Source: Myxococcota bacterium (GTDB lineage Bacteria > Myxococcota_A > UBA9160 > UBA6930). Taken from it: a DNA stretch of 64,000 bases. The DNA is taken from positions 4,448,001 to 4,512,000 of the forward strand of contig OZ245002.1 in the NCBI GenBank assembly GCA_965223415.1, read 5' to 3'. The notes below the pieces were generated by a model, which saw only the letters and a program-made list of their open reading frames with translations, had not been told where the DNA came from and did not search any database. Positions 57,378-64,000 of the stretch are shown here, in pieces. The position numbers were made by a program, and so were the translations under genes. Numbering within the stretch: position 1 is the first letter of the stretch; each line of letters starts with the position of its first letter.

Positions 57378-58616
57378 TCAGACGATCCTCTTCCGGCGCA
57401 GCGCCGCCCGCTCCTCCGCCTCGAATCCCAGCTCGTCCAGGATCTCGTCCGTCTGGGCGCCCAGGGCCGGCGCACCGTGGCGCACCCGGGTGGGTGTTCG
57501 GGAGAACTTCGCGGCCGGGCCCACGACCGGCACGCGCGGGTTCCCTTCCACCTCGGTGGGCTGGAGCATGTCCCGCTCGGTCGTGTGGGGGTCCTGGGCG
57601 GCCTCGGCGTAGGTGCGCACCTTCGCGATCGGCAGGCCCTCGGCCTGGAACGCCCGCTCCGCCTCTTCGCAGGTGCGCCCGGCGCACCAGTCGCGCATCA
57701 GGCCGTCCACGATCTCCCGGCGCTCGAGCCGAGCGGCGGTCGTGGCGTAGCCCGGGTCGTCGGCGAGCTCGGGGCGGCCGATCAGCCGGGCGAGCTTCTT
57801 CCAGTGGGCGTCGACCAGCACGCCGGCCATCACGAGCCCGTTGCTGCACGGGTAGGTGTTCGCCGGGGCGGCGACGCGGAAGGAGTTGCCGAGCCGCGGC
57901 AGGTCGGCGCCCATGGCACCGAGGGTGAGGTAGCCGGTGGACTGGAACAGCATCGCGTCGAGGAGCGCCACGTCCACGTGCTGGCCTTCGCCGGTCCGGT
58001 CCCGGTGGTGGAGGGCCGCCAGGGCGGCCAGTGCACCGTGGAGGCCGCCCAGGTCGTCGCCCAGGAAGGTGGGGGACTTCACCGGCTCGCCGTCGGGGCT
58101 GCCGTTCAGGGAGAGGAAGCCGCTGGCTGCCTGGGCCAGCGGGTCGTAGCCGGCGCGATCGTGGTCCCGGCCGAACTGGCCGAAGCCGCTGATCGACACC
58201 AGGATGAGGTCGTGCTTCATCGCGCGGAGCTCGTTCCAGCCGATGCCCCAGCCCTCGAGGGTGCCGGGCCGGAAGTTCTCGACGACGACGTCCGCCGAGG
58301 CGGCGAGCCGGCGGAAGACGTCCCGGCCCTCCGGGTGGTGCAGATCGAGGGTGAGACTTCGCTTGTTGCGGTTGACCGTCGCCTGCATGAACGAGATCGG
58401 CGGCTCGGTATCGGGAAGGAAGGGAGGCGAGCGCCGCGCCACCTCGCCGCCCGGATGCTCGATCTTGATCACGTCGGCGCCGAAGTCGGCGAGCAGGCAG
58501 GCGCACATCGGCCCCGCCCAGGTCGTGGTCAGCTCGACCACCCGCACGCCGGAGAGGGGCCCGCCGGCGTCGGGCCGGGCTTCCCGGTAGAAGGCGGACT
58601 TCGAGGGGGGGCTCAC
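57378..58616 (-). CDS. CaiB/BaiF CoA-transferase
   Basis: [28 protein letters not shown]. Confidence 0.93.
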   Translation of the reverse strand: MSPPSKSAFYREARPDAGGPLSGVRVVELTTTWAGPMCACLLADFGADVIKIEHPGGEVARRSPPFLPDTEPPISFMQATVNRNKRSLTLDLHHPEGRDVFRRLAASADVVVENFRPGTLEGWGIGWNELRAMKHDLILVSISGFGQFGRDHDRAGYDPLAQAASGFLSLNGSPDGEPVKSPTFLGDDLGGLHGALAALAALHHRDRTGEGQHVDVALLDAMLFQSTGYLTLGAMGADLPRLGNSFRVAAPANTYPCSNGLVMAGVLVDAHWKKLARLIGRPELADDPGYATTAARLERREIVDGLMRDWCAGRTCEEAERAFQAEGLPIAKVRTYAEAAQDPHTTERDMLQPTEVEGNPRVPVVGPAAKFSRTPTRVRHGAPALGAQTDEILDELGFEAEERAALRRKRIV

Positions 58617-59440
58617 GGCCGGGGCTGGCCCGCCCGGAGCCGCGCCAGCGCGCGGTCGACGGCCCGGACGAGGTCCGGATCGTCCGCCGCCCGGGCCCGG
58701 GCCTCCTCGAGCTCCGCGTTCGTGCGGTCCGGCAGGCGGCCTGGATCCTGGGCACCGATCTCGCCCAGGGCGAGGGCGGCCAGGCGGCGGGCCGGTGCGT
58801 CCGTGTCGGTCCGCAGGGTTTCGAGCAGGCGCTCGCCGATCTTGGGCGGGGGCGCCATCAGGGACGCCATCGCCGTGAAGGCGGCGCGGCGCACGCCGTG
58901 GTCGAGGTCCTCGGTCGCCTCCAGCAGCACCTCGGCGGCCTCGGCACGGTCCGGCGCCAGCTCGCGCAGGGCGAAGGTGGCCATGCGCCGCACGACCGGG
59001 CTCTCGTCCGAGCGCACGAGGCCGACCAGCACGCTCAGCACCTCGGCGTGGATGTGCCCCATTTCCACCATCACCCGGGCCGCCGCCCAGCGGACGTCAC
59101 TGTCCGAGCTGGCGAAGGCCTCGACCAGGGCCGGGAGCAGGCGCGGCGTGGGCGGCTCGAGGCGCGCGGCGGTGAAGGCGGCGCGCCAGCGTCGCGCGGG
59201 GTCGTCGCTGTGGAGGGCCGTGCGCACGGCGTCGAGTGCGCTCGGATCGCCGGACTGGTCGGCGATCGCGACCAGCGCGTCCGAGGCGGCGCGGCCCACT
59301 GCCTTGACCGGATCTCCGAGCGCAGCGCCGAGCGCCTCGGTGAGCAGCGGGCCGGAGGGGTCCTCGGCCGCGGAGCGGCAGGCCTCGCGGCGCTCCATCG
59401 GGTCGCGGCTGCCCAGGCGCAGGAGGATCGGGTGCGTCAC
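58613..59440 (-). CDS. HEAT-repeat protein
   Basis: Repeated DxxVRxAAxxAL units. Confidence 0.85.
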   Translation of the reverse strand: MTHPILLRLGSRDPMERREACRSAAEDPSGPLLTEALGAALGDPVKAVGRAASDALVAIADQSGDPSALDAVRTALHSDDPARRWRAAFTAARLEPPTPRLLPALVEAFASSDSDVRWAAARVMVEMGHIHAEVLSVLVGLVRSDESPVVRRMATFALRELAPDRAEAAEVLLEATEDLDHGVRRAAFTAMASLMAPPPKIGERLLETLRTDTDAPARRLAALALGEIGAQDPGRLPDRTNAELEEARARAADDPDLVRAVDRALARLRAGQPRP

Positions 59441-60315
59441 GACTGGAGGCTCCAGGTCGCCGCCGTCGGTGCCGCCCCTTCGCGGGCGACCCGCCCCTCG
59501 CCCTCGAGCTTCATCAGGTGCTGGGTCACGGACTGGGACGCGGCCGCGTGGAGCGCCTCCGGGTAGGCGGCGTAGACGACCTTGACGATCTCCATCGGTC
59601 GCGCCGGCCCCCTCTCCAGCACGGCCACGATCTGGCGCTCTCGCTCGTGGCGGTGGGCGATGTACTCGTCGAGCTTCGCCTTGCCGTCCTCGATCTTCGG
59701 ACCGTGGGCGGGGTAGATGCAGGCGGGCTGCTCGGCGCGCAGGCGCTCGAGGGAGGCCATGTACTGGCCGAGGTCGCCGCTCTCCGCCGGGATCACCGTG
59801 GTACCGACGCCCAGCACGTTGTCGCCGGAGATGAGCGCGCGCTCCTCTTCGAGCATGAAGCACAGATGGTCCGGTGCGTGCCCCGGCGTGTGCAGGGCGC
59901 GAAGGGTGGCGCCCTCGGTCTCGATCACCGAGCCGTCGTCGATCGCCGTGAGCTCCACCTCGAAGCGTTCGTCCACACCGGGCCAGGGCCGCTTGGAGAC
60001 CCGCAGGGGGCCGAAGCGGTCGAGCACCTGGCGCACGCCGCCGATGTGGTCCGGATGCCCGTGGGTGAGCACGATCTCCTGGAAGCCCTCGCAGCCGGAG
60101 CGCTCCATGGCTTGCTCGAGGATCGGCAGGTACGCGTCGACCCCTTGGCCCGGGTCCAGCAGGATCCTCCGCGGGCCGGTGCCGATCAGGTAGGTGTTCG
60201 TCCCGGGGCCGGAGAACGGGCTCGGGTTCTGGCCCAACGCCACGGCGACCCGTTCCGACCAGACGTCCACGTCCGGCAGGGTCATTCCGAGCATGACGGG
60301 GGCGTCGTTCGACAT
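59437..60315 (-). CDS. MBL-fold hydrolase (LACTB2-like)
   Basis: GPGTNTY, THGHPDHIGG, HTPGHAPDH, SGD, PAHG. Confidence 0.92.
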   Translation of the reverse strand: MSNDAPVMLGMTLPDVDVWSERVAVALGQNPSPFSGPGTNTYLIGTGPRRILLDPGQGVDAYLPILEQAMERSGCEGFQEIVLTHGHPDHIGGVRQVLDRFGPLRVSKRPWPGVDERFEVELTAIDDGSVIETEGATLRALHTPGHAPDHLCFMLEEERALISGDNVLGVGTTVIPAESGDLGQYMASLERLRAEQPACIYPAHGPKIEDGKAKLDEYIAHRHERERQIVAVLERGPARPMEIVKVVYAAYPEALHAAASQSVTQHLMKLEGEGRVAREGAAPTAATWSLQS

Positions 60316-60349
60316 CAGGCTCTCGGCATGACGGGAGTGTCGTTCGACA
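60291..60349. repeat. 24-bp direct repeat (22/24, period 35) at the pmbA/MBL junction
   Basis: gcatgacgggggcgtcgttcgaca (60291-60314) and gcatgacgggagtgtcgttcgaca (60326-60349). Confidence 0.9.
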
Positions 60350-60352
60350 GGG

Positions 60353-61720
60353 TCATTCTCCAGCGACGGTCATCTTCGCCACGCGCAGGGCCGGTGCCGC
60401 CACGTTGCCCAGCCACATCAGCTCGTCGCCGATCGCATCCACGTCACAGAGCATATCGCCAAGGTTGCCCGCGATGGTGATCTCCTCCACGGGAAAGGCG
60501 GGCTGGCCGTCCTCGATCCAGAAGCCCTTGGCCCCCCGGGAAAAGTCCCCCGTCACCGGGTTGAATCCGTGGCCGAACATGCCCGTCACGAGCAGCCCTT
60601 TTCCCGTGTCGGCGACGATGTCGTCCAGGCTCCCGGCGGAGCCCGGCTCGAGCCAGAGGTTGGTGGAGCCCACTCCCGGCGCGCTTCCGGCGCTGCGGGT
60701 GGCGTTGCCGGTGCTGGCCAGGCCGAGCTTGCGCGCGGCATAGCAGTCGAGCAGGTACGAGCGCAGCTCGCCTGCCTCCACCAGCACGTTGCGGCGCGTC
60801 GCTTGGCCCTCGCCGTCGAAGGGGCGACTGCCGAGGCCGGCCGGGAGGCGGCCGTCGTCGACGATGTGGATCTCCGGGGCGGCGATGCGTTCGCCCTGCC
60901 GGCCGGCCAGGAAGGAGCTCTTGCGGTAGACGGCGTAGCCGGAGAGGCAGCCGACCAAGCCGCCCAGCAGGCTCCGGGCGGAGGGGCTGTCGAACACCAC
61001 CGGGAACTCGCCGGTCGCCACGCGTCGCGCGCCCAGGTGGCCGAGCGCGCGCTCGGCCGCCCGCGTGCCCACCTTGGCCGGGTCCTCCAGCTGGTCCAGG
61101 GCCCGCGACACCGTGAACCAGTAGTCGGTCTGCATGGCGCCGTCCTCGGAGGCGGCGATCGGCGAGCAGCTGAGCGAGTGGGAGGCGCTCTCGTAGCGGC
61201 CCTCGAAGCCGGCGCTGTTGGCGTAGTGGACGCGCCGGAAGGTCGAGCCCGCGTCGGAGCCCTCGGAGTTGACGATGCGCGGGTCGACCTGGCGCGCGGC
61301 CGCCTCGGCGGCCCGGCCAGCCTCCACGTGGCGCTCGAGGCCCACCTCGCGGTCCCGCGCCTCGAGGAGCGCCAGGTCCGGCGAATCGGCGGCGAAGCCG
61401 CCCTCGGGAAGGCCCGCGTCCGGATCCGGCGCCGTCTCTCGCGCCAGGGCCACGGCTTCCTCGGCCATGCGGGCGATCGCCTCGTCGGAGAGGTCGCTCG
61501 TCGAGGTGATCGCCTGGCGGAGCCCGGAGCCCGGCCCGCCGCCGTTCACGAACACGCGCAGCCCCAGGGTGCGCTCGCGGGCCTGCTTCACGTGCTCGAT
61601 GTCGTCGTCCCGCACGCGCACCTCGGTGGCATCGCTCTCGATGCAGACCGCGTCGGCGCTGTGGGCACCGGCGCGGCCGGCGGCGGCGAGGGCGCGCTCG
61701 GAAGCCGATTCGGCGCTCAT
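60353..61720 (-). CDS. pmbA: PmbA/TldE protein
   Basis: SRPFDGEG, STGNA, NPVTGDFSRGA, EEITIAGNL. Confidence 0.93.
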   Translation of the reverse strand: MSAESASERALAAAGRAGAHSADAVCIESDATEVRVRDDDIEHVKQARERTLGLRVFVNGGGPGSGLRQAITSTSDLSDEAIARMAEEAVALARETAPDPDAGLPEGGFAADSPDLALLEARDREVGLERHVEAGRAAEAAARQVDPRIVNSEGSDAGSTFRRVHYANSAGFEGRYESASHSLSCSPIAASEDGAMQTDYWFTVSRALDQLEDPAKVGTRAAERALGHLGARRVATGEFPVVFDSPSARSLLGGLVGCLSGYAVYRKSSFLAGRQGERIAAPEIHIVDDGRLPAGLGSRPFDGEGQATRRNVLVEAGELRSYLLDCYAARKLGLASTGNATRSAGSAPGVGSTNLWLEPGSAGSLDDIVADTGKGLLVTGMFGHGFNPVTGDFSRGAKGFWIEDGQPAFPVEEITIAGNLGDMLCDVDAIGDELMWLGNVAAPALRVAKMTVAGE

Positions 61721-63156
61721 CCCTCGGTGCCCCCCACGGTGAGCTCGTCGACGCGGATCGTCGGGAGCCCGACGCCGACCGGGACGCCCTGGCCGTCCTT
61801 GCCGCAGGTGCCCACGCCCTGGTCGAGCTCGAGGTCGTGGCCGATGCGGCTCACCCGCGTGAGCACGTCGGGCCCATTGCCGATCAGGGTGGCGCCCTTC
61901 ACCGGCTGGGTGAGGCGGCCGTTCTCGATCTTGTAGGCCTCGCTCGCGCTGAACACGAACTTGCCGCTCGTGATGTCGACCTGGCCGCCGCCGAAGGTCA
62001 CCGCGTAGAGGCCGCGCTCGACCGAGCGAAGGATGTCCTCCGGGTCGTCCTCGCCGGCGAGCATGAAGGTGTTGGTCATGCGCGGCATCGGCAGGTGGGC
62101 GTAGCTCTCCCGCCGGCCGTTGCCCGTGGGCGCGTGGCCCATCAGCCGGGCGTTCAGCCGGTCGTGCATGTAGCCCTTCAGGATGCCGTCCTCGATCAGC
62201 ACCGTCCGGCCGGTGGGCGTGCCCTCGTCGTCGACGTTGAGCGAGCCCCGCCGGCCGGGCAGGGTGCCGTCGTCCACCACCGTGACGCCCGGGGCCGCCA
62301 CCCGCTCGCCGATGCGGCCGGCGAAGGCGGAGGTCTCCTTCCGGTTGAAGTCACCCTCGAGGCCGTGTCCCACCGCCTCGTGGAGAAGCACGCCGGGCCA
62401 GCCCGGGCCCAGCACCACGTCGAGGGTGCCGGCGGGGCAGGGCCCCGCCTCCAGGTTCACCAGGGCCAGTCGCACCGCTTCGTCCACGAGCGGCGTCCAG
62501 CCATCGGGCGAGAGCCAGGCGTCCAGGCCCGCCCGTCCGCCGGCGCCCTGGTAGCCCACCTCCCGGCGCCCGTCCTCGTCCTCGGCGATGACCTGCACGT
62601 TCAGCCGGACGAGCGGCTGGACGTCGGTCACCCAGGTGCCGTCGCTGGCCGCGATCATCACGTTGCGGTTCTGGGAGACGACGCTCGCCATCACCTGGCG
62701 GATGCGGGCGTCCTTGGCCCGGGCGTAGGCGTCGATCTCGCCGAGCAGGCCCACCTTCCGGGTCACCGGCACGTCGGTGGGGCTCACGACGACCGGGTAG
62801 AGATCGTGGGTCGGCGCACCGCTCCCGGCGACGGCCACCGGGCCGGCTTCGCGGCCGCCCTCGGAGATGGCCCGCGCGGTCCCCGCCGCGAGCTCCAGGC
62901 TCTCCACCGTGATCTCGTCCGAGTGGGCGTAGCCCTGCCGCTCGCCGGCCTGCACGCGCACGCCGGCCCCCTGCACCAGGTGACGGTCGCCGCTCTTGAC
63001 GATGCCCTCTTCGAGCACCACCGAGTCCTGGGAGGTGTACTCGAAGAAGACGTCCGCGTGGTCGACCCGACGCTCCAGGGCGGTGCCGAGGGTGCGGTCG
63101 AGGGCGCGCTCGTCGATTCCGAAGCGATCGCGGAAGAGCGCCGCCGTCTCGCTCAT
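61717..63156 (-). CDS. tldD: Metalloprotease TldD
   Basis: LHEAVGHGLEGDFNRK, PMPRMTNT, CGKDGQ. Confidence 0.96.
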   Translation of the reverse strand: MSETAALFRDRFGIDERALDRTLGTALERRVDHADVFFEYTSQDSVVLEEGIVKSGDRHLVQGAGVRVQAGERQGYAHSDEITVESLELAAGTARAISEGGREAGPVAVAGSGAPTHDLYPVVVSPTDVPVTRKVGLLGEIDAYARAKDARIRQVMASVVSQNRNVMIAASDGTWVTDVQPLVRLNVQVIAEDEDGRREVGYQGAGGRAGLDAWLSPDGWTPLVDEAVRLALVNLEAGPCPAGTLDVVLGPGWPGVLLHEAVGHGLEGDFNRKETSAFAGRIGERVAAPGVTVVDDGTLPGRRGSLNVDDEGTPTGRTVLIEDGILKGYMHDRLNARLMGHAPTGNGRRESYAHLPMPRMTNTFMLAGEDDPEDILRSVERGLYAVTFGGGQVDITSGKFVFSASEAYKIENGRLTQPVKGATLIGNGPDVLTRVSRIGHDLELDQGVGTCGKDGQGVPVGVGLPTIRVDELTVGGTEG

Positions 63157-63860
63157 GAGAGCTCCTTCTCGAGAGCCTCCACCCGTTGGGGAAGCTCGGC
63201 GAGGGTAGCAAGGGAGGCGACGTCGATCGGATGCAGGCCGGCGGTCTTGGAGGCGACGAGGTCCTCTTCCGCCCGGTCCCCGACATAGACGCAGCGGTGA
63301 TTGGCCACGCCCAGGCGCTTCAGGCAGATGTCGAAGATCAACCGCTCCGGCTTCGCGGCGCCCGCATCGGCGGGCAGCGTCACGGCCTCGAAGAGATCGT
63401 GGACGCCGAGCTCTCGGAGGAGCGGACGCAGGCGCTGGTCGAAGTTCGACAGCACGGCGAGCAGGTAGCGGCGCTCGTGGAGGTCCTCGAGCCCCGCGCG
63501 GGCGCCCGGGGCCAGCTCCCATGCGGCCGCCGACGCGAAGTGGCGCCAGAGCGCTTCGAAGTAGGCGTCGAAGTCCTTGAAGCGCACCATCTGGTCCGCC
63601 GCGCGAAAGGTCTCCCGAACCCGCTCCCACCACCAACGCTTCTCGAGCCCGGCGGCGCGGGCCATGGGCTCTCCCGGATGCACGTTGGGAGGAGCGGCGG
63701 CGAAGACCCGATGGAAGGCCTCGTCCAGACGTCCGCCCGGCAGCTCCACGCCGTGCGCGGCGGCGATCCGGGCATAGCTGTCGCCCACCGGCTCGCGGGT
63801 GCGGATCAGGGTTTCGGCGGCGTCGAAGATCACCGCCTGGATCGGTCGCAGCACGGCCAT
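63153..63860 (-). CDS. HAD-IA family hydrolase
   Basis: FDAAETL, SNFD, KPE, VGD. Confidence 0.9.
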   Translation of the reverse strand: MAVLRPIQAVIFDAAETLIRTREPVGDSYARIAAAHGVELPGGRLDEAFHRVFAAAPPNVHPGEPMARAAGLEKRWWWERVRETFRAADQMVRFKDFDAYFEALWRHFASAAAWELAPGARAGLEDLHERRYLLAVLSNFDQRLRPLLRELGVHDLFEAVTLPADAGAAKPERLIFDICLKRLGVANHRCVYVGDRAEEDLVASKTAGLHPIDVASLATLAELPQRVEALEKELS

Positions 63861-63870
63861 GGCCCCCCCC

Positions 63871-64000
63871 TCAGCGATCGTCGGGATCGTAGGCCAGGTT
63901 CGGAGCCAGGTGGCGCTCGGCCTCTTCGACCGGGATGCCCCTGCGGCGGGCGTAGTCCTCGACCTGGTCGCGTCCGATCGGCCCCACGTTGAAGTAGCGG
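63871..64000 (-). CDS. metH: 3' end of cobalamin-dependent methionine synthase (partial)
   Basis: [37 protein letters not shown] followed by DPDDR-stop. Confidence 0.88.
   Translation of the reverse strand, partial: RYFNVGPIGRDQVEDYARRRGIPVEEAERHLAPNLAYDPDDR

Overview
High-GC bacterial chromosomal window (about 70% GC by eye). The gene content suggests a Myxococcota/deltaproteobacterium-like organism with actinobacteria-like lipid-catabolic genes; this taxonomy is an inference. About 60 CDS are present. Housekeeping genes: ilvD, ilvB-ilvH, argE, moeB, uvrA, gcvT-H-PA-PB, folD, maf-yggS-proC-divIVA, mlaEFD, tldD-pmbA and the 3' end of metH. Accessory genes: P450-ferredoxin, PEP-CTERM-like protein, DUF3604-PPIase-HupE triad, TetR-F420 oxidoreductase, DUF1214/sulfotransferase/OYE, KAP NTPase and rubrerythrin-FeS-DUF3501. 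There are three tRNAs (Ala-GGC, Leu-CAA, Sec-UCA) and one intact IS5-family element. Signals hidden from the ORF track: (1) an iodothyronine-deiodinase-like selenoprotein read through UGA (FGSYT-U-PPF) with a SECIS-like hairpin, supported by tRNA-Sec in the same window; (2) three gene junctions where a short tandem duplication creates a micro-ORF bridging the upstream stop and the downstream start; (3) a symmetric bidirectional -10 element apparently driving two leaderless genes, plus frequent leaderless architecture; (4) the IS split the hairpin 3' of tRNA-Ala; (5) an orphan promoter-terminator unit, gene relics near tRNA-Sec, a signal-peptide VNTR and unusual domain fusions. All calls come from reading the sequence; no searches were run.
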